Shown here one piece after another: positions 19,560-29,221 of a stretch of 29,784 nucleotides of DNA; positions within the stretch are counted from its first letter, which is position 1; every line of letters begins with the position of its first letter. The position numbers and the translations under genes are program-made. Source of the stretch: Candidatus Dadabacteria bacterium (GTDB lineage Bacteria; Desulfobacterota_D; UBA1144; Nemesobacterales; CSP1-2). The stretch covers positions 54,377-84,160 of the forward strand of contig PSLL01000010.1 of the NCBI GenBank assembly GCA_040289575.1, given 5' to 3'. The notes under the pieces are model-generated. The model searched no databases. It saw only the letters and a list, made by a program, of their open reading frames with translations, and was not told the DNA's origin.

Positions 19560-21057
19560 TACTCTTTCCCCTTTTTTTTAACATCCTCTCCGAAGAGGAG
19601 GGAATTTTAAGTATTTTTCTGTATTTTGCAACTGTTCTTCGGGCGACCTTTATATTCCTTCTCTCGAGCATCTTCGATATATCGTCATCCGAGTACGGAT
19701 TTTCGGGTGGCTCGGAGGCGATTATTTCTTTTATGACTGTCTTTACCCTTTCAAACGATACCTCTTCGCCATGAGATGTCTCTATCCTCCTACAAAAAAG
19801 GGATTTGAGCCCAACCGTTCCCTGTGGGGTATAGACATATCTTCTGCTCGTTATACGGCTTACTGTAGATTCATGTACCCCTACAGCCTGGGCGATATCT
19901 TTTAATCTCAGGGGCCTTATGTAATTCGTTCCATATTCAAAAAAGTCTTTTTGATACTCAACAATCTTTGCCATAATCTTTTTTACCGCCGCATCGCGCT
20001 CCTCGAGGCATTTTACTATCCTTTGTGCGGCTTCGAGTTTTTCCTTTATGTATTTCTTTACGTCCGTTGAGAGGTTGGCTCCCTGCTTAAAAAGGGTTTT
20101 GTAGTACTGACTCACCCTTACCTTTGGAAAATCGCGATTTAGCTGTATCTGCAGATCGTTTCCCACTTTGTAAATGTAAAAATCCGGTACAATGTACTTT
20201 TCGATATCTTTCATGTAGAAGGGTCTTCCGGGCTTAGGCTCAAGGGATGAAATAAACGAAGCCGCCCGCTCTACCTCTTCTGTAGAGATTCCAAGGGTGT
20301 TTGCAGTCTTCTCATAATCCCTCTTCCCTATATCTTCTAAATAGTCCTCAATTATTTTCTTTACAACTCCGTCGTATCCGAGTTCTTCAGCCTGAATTTT
20401 AAGGCACTCTTTTAGACTCCGGGCACATACTCCGGGAGGATCAAATGAGAATTGTATTTTTTTTAAGACCTCTTCAACCCTGCGGACATAGCTCTCGTCT
20501 GGAACTACAGGGTTTTCATAGAGCGCAGTTTCTTCCAGGGTATCCTCGGTCTCGGAGATTGAATTGGGTTCATGATTCTGCTTCATTAAAAGTAGTGCAA
20601 TCTCCTCTATGTCCATCTCGAGGTATCCGTCTTCATTTGTGTTGCCTATAATCACAGATGCGATTTGTTTCTCCTCGGGTGAGAAATCTGAAAGGCTGAG
20701 TTGCCAATTGAGGTGGTCTAAAAGGGACTGGGCTTTGCTTACTCTGCTTTCCCACGGTATCTCTTCTTCGCCCTCCTCAAAAGGCTCTTTAAAAGTTAGA
20801 GAGCCTTGATTCCCACCAAGAAAGCTGTCTTCAAAAGATTTAAAGTTAAAATCTTCCTTAGAATCCGGATTTTCGGTTATTTTTTCTTCGATTTCCTCTT
20901 CTAAAACCGGATTTTCAGCGAGCTCCTGTTCGAGGTATTCCTTGAGTTCGAGCGTTGTCATCTGAATGAGTTTTAAGAAAAGTTGTAACTCTTGGGTGAG
21001 TATGAGGCGTTGCTCTTGAACGAGTCTTGGGGCAGCCTTTGTATCAACTGGCTTCAT
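19513..21057 (-). CDS. rpoN: RNA polymerase sigma-54 factor
   Basis: Gln/Leu-rich region I, ENPVLE, DPPGVCARSL.ECL, PKPG, HTH HESTVSR and RpoN box ARRTVAKYR. Confidence 0.97.
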   Translation of the reverse strand: MKPVDTKAAPRLVQEQRLILTQELQLFLKLIQMTTLELKEYLEQELAENPVLEEEIEEKITENPDSKEDFNFKSFEDSFLGGNQGSLTFKEPFEEGEEEIPWESRVSKAQSLLDHLNWQLSLSDFSPEEKQIASVIIGNTNEDGYLEMDIEEIALLLMKQNHEPNSISETEDTLEETALYENPVVPDESYVRRVEEVLKKIQFSFDPPGVCARSLKECLKIQAEELGYDGVVKKIIEDYLEDIGKRDYEKTANTLGISTEEVERAASFISSLEPKPGRPFYMKDIEKYIVPDFYIYKVGNDLQIQLNRDFPKVRVSQYYKTLFKQGANLSTDVKKYIKEKLEAAQRIVKCLEERDAAVKKIMAKIVEYQKDFFEYGTNYIRPLRLKDIAQAVGVHESTVSRITSRRYVYTPQGTVGLKSLFCRRIETSHGEEVSFERVKTVIKEIIASEPPENPYSDDDISKMLERRNIKVARRTVAKYRKILKIPSSSERMLKKRGKSNADYSNHKAHRPKQG

Positions 21058-21344
21058 AACTTAGAACCTTCCTATTAGATACATTAGGACCCGGATGCTA
21101 AACTAGATTTTATCTGAAATCCTAATATCACCCCGTATTATCCTTCGACATAGATTCTTTTAAAATCCCTCTCCGAATCTCTCATAACTAACGATTAAAT
21201 GATACCAGCATATGATTTTTCTGTAAAGATAAGCCTTTGAGCGTGAAGGCGAAATCTGGGAGATCAGTTTCATTGAGAAGCCATGTGACGTGATTTGACT
21301 TGAATGTACTTTTGCTTTATTTTTAACAAATAATATAAAATCAG

Positions 21345-22883
21345 ATGGCTGAGATTGATAAGGGAAAGATCTTAAGGGATGCTTTTGAGTACCAGCGTAA
21401 GGGGCAGCATGATAGAGCTATAGATGAACTCAGGAAAATATTAAAAGTCCAACCGGCAGATACCAGAACCCTCCAGAAGATAGCCGAACTCCAATCTAAA
21501 AAGGGTGATAGAAAGGAAGCTATAAAAAGCTATACCCAACTTGCCGGGATTTACGAAAAAGACGGATTTATTGACTTTGCCATATCAGTTTATAAAACTG
21601 TTCTCAAGATGGATCATGGACTCCTTGATATTCATCTGAGGTTGGGCAATTTATATTTAAAAAAGAACCTAAGGGGCGAGGCCCTTGCCTCTTTTCAGAC
21701 CGCACTTAAGCTCTGTGGCGAAAGTAATGAGAGAGAAAAGGAGGAGATTTTAGAGAAGATAATCGAAGCAAATCCTGGGGATATCTCTGCTATTGAGTGT
21801 CTGGCTGGCCTTTACTACAGTGAAGGAAGGCTCAATCCTGCAAAGGATATTTTGTGTAAGGGTGCCGAGGCGATGAAAAGCGCCTTTAATCTTGACGAGG
21901 CTCATAGGTTTTATGAAATGGTTTTAAATATAGACCCCAATGATGAACTGGCTCTAAAAGCGGTGGCTGAGCTTGAGGCCGGTGCAGGGAGATTAACGAG
22001 AGCGGCTGATGTTTATGAAAGAATTCTCGAGTCTAATCCTAACGATACTGAAATACTCAAAAAAGCCGCAGAGATTTACAGCAATATGGGAGACACAGAG
22101 GCAGAAAGGTCGAAGCTATGCCTGAGAAGGCTTGCCAATGTCTATAGATTAACAGACTCCGGTTCCGATCTTAGAGAGGTCTATGAAAAGATTCTCTGCC
22201 TCGATCCCTCCGATCCTGAGGCACTGGAGTTTATGAACCGACAGGACAAGGGGAGTGAAATAAAAATTGATGAGTTTTCTCTAAAGGAATCCGAATTGGA
22301 CAATCTTTATTCTTTGAATCAGGAATATGGAGAGGAAAGTAATGAGAAATTAGGACTTGTACCGGACACCGAGTCTGAGTATAGGGGTACCAAGGATTCC
22401 CCCAATCTCTCACCTGCTAGTCCCGGTATATCATATAAGACCGTATTAGAGTCAAATGTTTTAGATATAAATCGGGAGAATTATAGGAAAAGCGAAAAAG
22501 TAGCGATACCGGACACTATTCCTTTTAAAAGGACAATTACAGATAATACAAAGGGTGCAAATGGCGCATTCTATGAGCGTGGAATTGCGTATAAAGATAT
22601 GAATATGACTGAACAGGCGGTAATGGAGTTTAGAAAATCGATAGGGGAAGGGTATCAGGTGCCGGAGTCCTATATGATGATAGGACTGTGTTTTCTCCAG
22701 AGGGGGGACGGGAAAAAGGCGCTCAGGTGGTTTCAGAAGGGGCTTTCTCTAGATGGGCTTACAGTTGAGCAGGTTATTAGCCTAAAGTCAGGTTCTGCTC
22801 TTGCGCTTGGGGTTATGGGAAGTATTCCCGATGCAATTAAACTCTTAGAGGAAGTTATTGAAGATTATAAGTGGAAAGAATAA
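21345..22883 (+). CDS. Tetratricopeptide repeat protein
   Basis: Many TPR-like units (YEMVLNIDPND, YERILESNPND, YEKILCLDPSD), a low-complexity acidic linker, and C-terminal TPRs (YERGIAYKDM). Confidence 0.88.
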   Translation: MAEIDKGKILRDAFEYQRKGQHDRAIDELRKILKVQPADTRTLQKIAELQSKKGDRKEAIKSYTQLAGIYEKDGFIDFAISVYKTVLKMDHGLLDIHLRLGNLYLKKNLRGEALASFQTALKLCGESNEREKEEILEKIIEANPGDISAIECLAGLYYSEGRLNPAKDILCKGAEAMKSAFNLDEAHRFYEMVLNIDPNDELALKAVAELEAGAGRLTRAADVYERILESNPNDTEILKKAAEIYSNMGDTEAERSKLCLRRLANVYRLTDSGSDLREVYEKILCLDPSDPEALEFMNRQDKGSEIKIDEFSLKESELDNLYSLNQEYGEESNEKLGLVPDTESEYRGTKDSPNLSPASPGISYKTVLESNVLDINRENYRKSEKVAIPDTIPFKRTITDNTKGANGAFYERGIAYKDMNMTEQAVMEFRKSIGEGYQVPESYMMIGLCFLQRGDGKKALRWFQKGLSLDGLTVEQVISLKSGSALALGVMGSIPDAIKLLEEVIEDYKWKE

Positions 22884-22906
22884 TTCAACCCCTGTAATAG
22901 GAGAAA

Positions 22907-23128
22907 ATGGAGATTCAGCATATTGGAAAACTGATTATCATACTTGGTATTTTTCTTGTCGTTATTGGGGTATTAATAGTTTTGGCCCCCAAGATTCCAT
23001 ACATCGGGAGGCTGCCGGGAGATATATACATAAACCGTGATGGATTCACCATCTATTTCCCCATTGTTTCCTCGATCCTTATTAGTATAATTCTTACTTT
23101 AATCCTAAATTTTATATTTAGAAAGTGA
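22907..23128 (+). CDS. DUF2905 family small membrane protein
   Basis: Two hydrophobic helices flanking IGRLPGDI...YFPI, with AGGAG Shine-Dalgarno. Confidence 0.9.
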   Translation: MEIQHIGKLIIILGIFLVVIGVLIVLAPKIPYIGRLPGDIYINRDGFTIYFPIVSSILISIILTLILNFIFRK

Positions 23129-23159
23129 TAAGCGGAGCCTGCCGAATTCTCAAAGGTTT

Positions 23160-23531
23160 TTAATCCGAGCCCATAAGCTCGTAAATCTCTTTATCTGAGA
23201 GTCCGAAGTAGTGTCCGATCTCATGTAAAAGAACCTCATATATACTTTCTTCTATTTCTTTTTCACTTCTGCAGATTCTTTCAATATTTCTCTGAAAGAA
23301 AACAATTTTATCTGGAAGTCGCGCAACCTGCCATATGCTCCTTTTCGGAAGCGGGGCTCCTCTATATAGCCCGAGAAGTAATTTTTCACCTCTGATTCTA
23401 AGTTGCTCTAAGTCCTCTGGAGTTGGAGAGTCCTCAACGATAATTTCGATGTTTTCCATCTTTCGCTTGAACCTTTCCGGGACTCTTTCATAGGCTTTTT
23501 CTACAAATTCCCCAAATCTTTCTCTATCCAA
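23160..23531 (-). CDS. Zincin-like metallopeptidase (Zincin_1/DUF1025 family)
   Basis: Motifs IVED.P, LLGLYRG, PDKI.FFQR and the zinc-binding HEIGHYFG. TTG start. Confidence 0.9.
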   Translation of the reverse strand: MDRERFGEFVEKAYERVPERFKRKMENIEIIVEDSPTPEDLEQLRIRGEKLLLGLYRGAPLPKRSIWQVARLPDKIVFFQRNIERICRSEKEIEESIYEVLLHEIGHYFGLSDKEIYELMGSD

Positions 23532-23537
23532 CGTTGA

Positions 23538-24440
23538 TTACAATTTGATGGCAGGTTTTATTTCACTAGAGAAGAGTTTCATACTCTCAATTATTCCCTC
23601 TAATGTTCCACTTAGAATATAAAAGACTATATGTGATACTCCCGATTCTCTATACCTATTTATACCCTCGGCTATCTCATACGGTGTGCCTCGGAGTATC
23701 TCTTGATCTTCTGATTCTTTGAGTCTCTTCTCTGATGAAACTTTAATTTGGAGGTTTTTTCTCAGTGATATTACAAAATCTGATGTCCCTTTCCATTTAC
23801 CGGATAGGAGTTTGTTAACGTACTCTACCCCTTCCTTTATCTTCTTTGGTGTAAGCCCTACAGAGTGCCACCCATCTCCTGTGTTAACTGCTCGCTCAAT
23901 AGCCCTTCGACTATTTCCCCCAATCCATATGGGTATGCGGGGCTTTTGAATAGGCCTCGGAAGAAACTTAATCCCGGAAAAGTTGTAATATTTGCCTTTA
24001 AAACTCGGCTCTTCTCTGGTCCAAAGCACCTTTAAAACCTCTATGCACTCATCAGTAATAGAATCCCTTTTCTCATAAGATACACCGAGAGCATCAAACT
24101 CATCTTTAAGCCATCCGGTACCGATGCCCAGTATAACCCTTCCTCCGGAGAGGGCATCGAGTGTTGAGATCATTTTTGCAAGCACTATGGGATTTCTATA
24201 TGGCAGTATGATTACGCTTGTTCCAAGTTGAATCCTGCTTGTGCAGGCGGCTATATATGTAAGGGTTATAAGAGGTTCATAAAACATACCGCCAAACCCC
24301 TGATGAGACTCAGGTATCACTATATGGTCGCTTACCCATAGGGAATCAAAACCGAGTTCTTCCGCGGCCTTTGAAATCTTTAGGATTGTGCCTTTTTCCG
24401 CATGCCTTCCAAAATTTGGCAGTGCGACTCCGAATCTCAT
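23538..24440 (-). CDS. LLM class oxidoreductase, probably F420-dependent (Rv2161c-like subfamily)
   Basis: Motifs AEELGFDSLWVSDHIVIP, LGTSVIILPYRNP, TLDALSGGRVILGIGTGW..EF and PIWIGGNS. Start moved to ATG 24440 (MRFGV) with GAGGAG upstream. Confidence 0.88.
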   Translation of the reverse strand: MRFGVALPNFGRHAEKGTILKISKAAEELGFDSLWVSDHIVIPESHQGFGGMFYEPLITLTYIAACTSRIQLGTSVIILPYRNPIVLAKMISTLDALSGGRVILGIGTGWLKDEFDALGVSYEKRDSITDECIEVLKVLWTREEPSFKGKYYNFSGIKFLPRPIQKPRIPIWIGGNSRRAIERAVNTGDGWHSVGLTPKKIKEGVEYVNKLLSGKWKGTSDFVISLRKNLQIKVSSEKRLKESEDQEILRGTPYEIAEGINRYRESGVSHIVFYILSGTLEGIIESMKLFSSEIKPAIKL

Positions 24441-24683
24441 CTTATGACTCCTCTTAGTTATTTTTGTGAAATCTAGCATAAAACAATTTGGAATAAAAGG
24501 TTAACGGGGATTAGCGTCCGGTCTCATTGACAGGGAAACTTGAGGGTATTAATAATTTATTGATAAGTCGCTGTCTTAGCAATATTGGTTTATTGCACGG
24601 ATTGATAACTAGTTTAGGTCTTGCTTGTATGTATGGACATTTGCCTTGAGAGGTGCCGGATACGTATTGGGGATGACAGTGGT

Positions 24684-26910
24684 ATGAAATGGGCTATTCA
24701 GGAAAAGACAGGCATGGGATTTGGGTTGGCACTGCTGATTCTGGTCATCATCGGCTTAGTCTCATACAAAAGTACAACTCATTTCATTGAGACCTCTGAT
24801 TGGGTAGAGCACACACATAAGGTTCTTGAAAAACTCGAATCTGTTCGCTCTTTAATGATGAGTGCCGAGACAGGTGCGCGCGGTTATATCATAACCGGAG
24901 AAGAGCGTTATCTGGAACCATATTACAATTCAATTGCGTTGCTTGATCAAGAGATCAAGAACCTTCGAATACTGACTGCGGATAATCCCAAACAACAGCA
25001 GAGGCTCAATACACTTCATCTTCTGGTAACAAAAAAACTCGGGATACTCAACGAAATGATCAATTTGCGGAGAGTTCGTGGATTCCAAACCGCGTTACGG
25101 TTGGTTGTGATAGATAGGGGAAATGAGGTCATGGATGATATACGAAAGATAATCGGTGATATGGAGAATGAGGAGTATGGGTTGTTAAGGTTACGGGATG
25201 AGGAGTCAAAGAAGAGTATCAGAGTCACGAAATCTGTCATTACCGCTGGGAGTCTATTGGTGGTTATCATTGTCGGTTTGGTGAGTTTTATGGTTAATCG
25301 CGATATCAAACGGCGCAATGAGATAGAAAAGGCGCTGCGGGAGAGTGAAGAGAAGTTCCGAGTATTGGTGGAGACTGCAAATGACGGTATTGTCTCTGCT
25401 GATAGCAGTGGTAATATAATCAATTTCAACAAGGGGGCTGAGCGCATTTGGGGCTACTCTGCAACTGAACTGGTTGGCAAGCCACTTACTATACTCATGC
25501 CCGATCGGTTTCATAATGCTCATAGAGCGGGACTCAAGCGTTTTCTTTTGACCGGAGAACCCCGCATAATCGGAAGAACAGTTGAGTTGTTCGGGAGGCG
25601 AAAAGACGGAAGTGAGTTCCCATTAGAACTCTCCCTCGCAAGTTGGAAGGCAGAAGAAGAAACCTTCTTTACCGGAATCCTTCGCGACATTACAGAGCGC
25701 AAACGGGCTGAAGAGGTTCTGCAAAAGGCTTATGACGAGCTGGAGGTGCGGGTCCGAGGACGAACGGCTGAGCTTACGGAATCTAATGATAAGCTGAAAA
25801 AGGAGATTATCGAGCGTAGGCGAGCAGTGGTTCATAAATCGCGTGAGGAGGATACCATATCCAAAGGGCTTTACATGGAGGGCAATAATAGAAGGGAAGC
25901 CTATGTACTGTGCGGATGTAGATCAAGATATGGTTATCGGTCCTGCCGGACGTGAGATGGGGACAAAGAGCTATGCCTCTATGCCTATTAAATATGGAGG
26001 CAAGACAGTAGGATGTATAAATATAAATTCTCTCAGTAAGAATGCCTTTGATGAAGAAGAAATAAAACTACTGGAAATCATAGCGCATGAAATCGAGGGG
26101 GCGATTCATAATGCACAAATAGCGGAGGCACTGAGACAATCGGAGGAAGAAGTCCGCAAAATCAATGAAGAGCTTGAACGTCGAGTAATCGAGCGTACCG
26201 CTCAGCTTGAAGCGACAAATAAGGAACTCGAGGCATTTTCTTACTCGGTATCCCATGACCTGCGTGCGCCGCTACGCGCTATTGATGGCTTCTCTCGTAT
26301 CCTGTTTGAGGATTACTCCGATAGGCTTGATGATGAAGGTAGGCGGATACTCAATACCATACGGCAAAACACACAGAATATGGGTCAACTTATTGATGAC
26401 CTTCTTGCCTTCTCACGTTTAGGGCGCCAGGATATGAAGCCATCCAACCTAGATATTGCTGCAATTGCAAAAGCCGTATTTGAGGAACTCAAACCCAATA
26501 CCAACTGGAGAAAAGTGGATTTGAACATTAACACACTTCCCCCTGGGCAGGGGGACAGGGCAATGATTCGCCAGGTTTTTGTTAATCTCCTGTCTAATGC
26601 CATAAAATTCACAGGCACCAGGGAGAACCCGATTATTGAAGTTGGAGGTTGGATTGAGGACAAGGAGAACATCTACTATGTAAGGGACAATGGTGTGGGA
26701 TTTGATATGCAGTATGTAAACAAGCTATTCGGAGTGTTTCAACGGTTGCACAGGCAAGATGAGTTCGAAGGGACAGGGGTTGGGCTTGCAATTGTCCAGC
26801 GCGTTATTCACCGTCATGATGGACGGGTATGGGCAGAGGGGAAGGTGGGTGAGGGGGCAACGTTTTACTTTACCCTTCCAAGGGATGAAGAATACGTAAA
26901 AGGAGCATAG
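24684..26910 (+). pseudogene. Membrane sensor kinase TM-CHASE3-TM-PAS-(partial GAF)-HisKA-HATPase, split by an out-of-frame internal deletion at about 25824-25827
   Basis: First frame (likely start ATG 24684): TM, CHASE3 (AETGARGYIITGEERYLEPY, DNPKQQQRL), TM, PAS and coiled coil up to EIIERRRA. A different frame then resumes mid-GAF ([15 protein letters not shown]) and carries H-box [26 protein letters not shown] and GTGVGL. Confidence 0.85.
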
Positions 26911-26912
26911 AG

Positions 26913-27353
26913 ATGAGTGTAAATGAGGTAGAGATTCTATTAGTTGAAGACAATCCAAACGATGTTGAACTTACATTGAGAGCATTGAAGAAGCACAATC
27001 TCACCAATAGGATGCATGTGGCAAAGGACGGGACGGAGGCATTGGATTTTATTTTTGCTACAGGTGCCTACGCCGGACGCGACATCAATCACCACCCGAG
27101 AGTAATATTGCTCGATTTGAAACTTCCCAAAGTGGATGGATTAGAGGTTCTCGCTAGGGTTAAATCTGACGAGAGGACAAGGGTAATTCCGGTTGTGGTG
27201 TTGACCTCCTCGAGGGAAGAAAAGGACATTGTAGAGAGTTACAAGCTGGGCGTAAATAGCTATATCGTAAAGCCGGTAGATTTCGATAAGTTTGTACAAT
27301 CGGTTTCGGAACTCGGACTGTATTGGCTTTTACTGAATCAAACGCCGCATTGA
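26913..27353 (+). CDS. Single-domain response regulator (Rcp1-like)
   Basis: Motifs [28 protein letters not shown] and NSYIVKP, plus the WLLLN tail typical of regulators paired with this kinase class. Confidence 0.95.
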   Translation: MSVNEVEILLVEDNPNDVELTLRALKKHNLTNRMHVAKDGTEALDFIFATGAYAGRDINHHPRVILLDLKLPKVDGLEVLARVKSDERTRVIPVVVLTSSREEKDIVESYKLGVNSYIVKPVDFDKFVQSVSELGLYWLLLNQTPH

Positions 27354-27391
27354 GTGCGAAGTTTTAGATGAATAAAAATCCTGGGTAGGAC

Positions 27392-29192
27392 ATGGATAAA
27401 AAACTCAAAATCCTGATGCTTGAAGATGTTGCCACGGATGCCGAGTTGATCGAACGTGAGTTGCGCAAAGCAAACATAGATTTCTCATCAAAGCGGATAG
27501 AGACAAAAGAAGCCTTTATCAGGGAACTCAAGGAGTTCTCACCCGATCTTATACTATCGGATTATGCGCTTCCTTCATTTGATGGTATGTCTGCATTAAA
27601 AATTGTTCAGGAAGAATATAGCTATGTGCCGTTTATCTTTGTTACCGGATCGCTTGGTGAGGAAAAAGCGATTGAAACCCTCAAAAGCGGTGCAACCGAT
27701 TACGTCCTTAAAGAGCGACTATCGCGTCTTGGGGCCGCTGTGCATAGGGCACTATGTGAGGCCGAGGAGCGAATCCAGCGCAAGCAGGCGGAGAGAAAAA
27801 TACAGGAACAAGCCGCCCTGCCCAATAAGACCCAGGATGCTATTGTCGTTCGGGATATGGAACATAATATCCTATTTTGGAACAAGGGTGCTGAACGACT
27901 CTACGGGTGGAAGGCAGAGGAAGTCGTAGGTAAAAATGCGATTGATCTTTTTTATAAAGAAATTTCACCTCAACTTGCAGAAGCCCAAAAAAGCATTATT
28001 GAGAAGGGCGAGTGGAATGGCGAAATGTTTCATGCGACCAAAGATGGTAGGGAAGTCATCGTGCAAAGTCGCTGGACACTGATGTATGATGAAGAGAGAA
28101 TACCGAAATCAATACTCGTCATCAACACGGATATAACTGATAATAATGTCACTGCAATGGTTGAAACAGAGATTTACGGATGAACAAAGCCAGAGGGTAC
28201 TAGATATACTCGCAACAAGCGCTCGAAGGGGAGCCGATTTAGTAAAGCAGGTTCTATCATTTGTAAGGGGATTAGAAGGTGAGCACATACCCATTCAATT
28301 AAGACACATCATTTCTGAAATTGAGAAGATTCTAGGGGAGACATTTCCCAAATCAATAGAGATTCATACCGATATACCGAAAGATCTCTGGATTGTATCT
28401 GGAGACCCCACACAACTCCACCAGGTTCTAATGAACCTCTGCGTGAATGCCCGTGATGTCATGCCAAGCAGCGGTAGGTTGAGTATATCTGCTGAGAATG
28501 TGTTTATTGATGAGAACTATGCACGTATGAATATTGGCGCTAAGGTTGGTCCACACGTAGTAATTACAGTCTCGGATACCGGGACTGGGATCCCTTCCAA
28601 AATAATGGATAGGATATTTGAGCCGTTCTTTACGACAAAAGAGCCGGGGAAGGGAACGGGACTGGGGCTTTCAATGGCTTTTGGAATTGTGAAGGGTCAT
28701 GGTGGATTCATACATGTCTATAGCGAGGTGAGAAGGGGAACAAGATTGAGGGTTTATCTGCCCGCTATTGAAACAGTTGAAGTAAAGAAGGTAGAGGAGA
28801 AAAAGACTGAACTACCCATGGGGCATGGAGAACTGATACTCGTGGTTGATGATGAAAATTCGATTCCTGAGGTAACCAAAGCCACACTGGAGACATATGG
28901 TTATAGAGTGATAACAGCTAATGACGGAGCAGAAGCGGTAGCACTATACATGCAAAATAGGGAAGAGATCAGAGTTGTTCTAATGGATATGGCTATGCCA
29001 ATTATGGATGGGCCGGCATCTATTCGGGCGCTATATAAGATTGACCCCCAGGTTAAGGTGATTGCCGTCAGTGGATTGAAGGAAAGCGACAAGCCCCAGG
29101 GGGTTACTGGCAGAGATGTATGTACATTCTTATTAAAGCCGTATGCGGCTGAAACGCTTTTAGTAACCCTACAAAAGGTCCTCAAGGGGTAG
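27392..29192 (+). pseudogene. Hybrid kinase REC-PAS-(HisKA lacking H-box)-HATPase-REC, split by an out-of-frame deletion at about 28140
   Basis: First frame: REC (LEDV, LSDYALP, TDYVLK) and PAS ending in NTDIT. A second frame resumes at IIMSLQWLKQ with HATPase ([28 protein letters not shown]) and REC. No AGGIAHDxNN H-box occurs at the junction. Confidence 0.85.
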
Positions 29193-29221
29193 GACGATAA
29201 TGGAGAATCCAGGTTTATTCC

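Noticed and set aside
16351..19581. Plus-strand ORFs overlapping the rpoN operon (e.g. 16351-16782, 16713-17069, 18877-19215, 19246-19581)
   Set aside because: Antisense shadows of well-supported genes with no motifs of their own; the same applies to the other short nested ORFs in the track.
21150..21190. Remnant of the lptB 3' end or a leader peptide upstream of rpoN
   Set aside because: Only a weak FGEGF resemblance and a 15-codon ORF without supporting features; consistent with chance.
25821..25845. Programmed ribosomal frameshift joining the two kinase ORFs
   Set aside because: No slippery heptamer is present, and half of the GAF domain is physically absent compared with the paralogue, so a deletion explains it better.
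25843..27353. Bacteriophytochrome light-sensing system
   Set aside because: The kinase core and Rcp1-like regulator belong to that class, but there is no PAS-GAF-PHY photosensory module, DIP/PASDIP motif or heme oxygenase.
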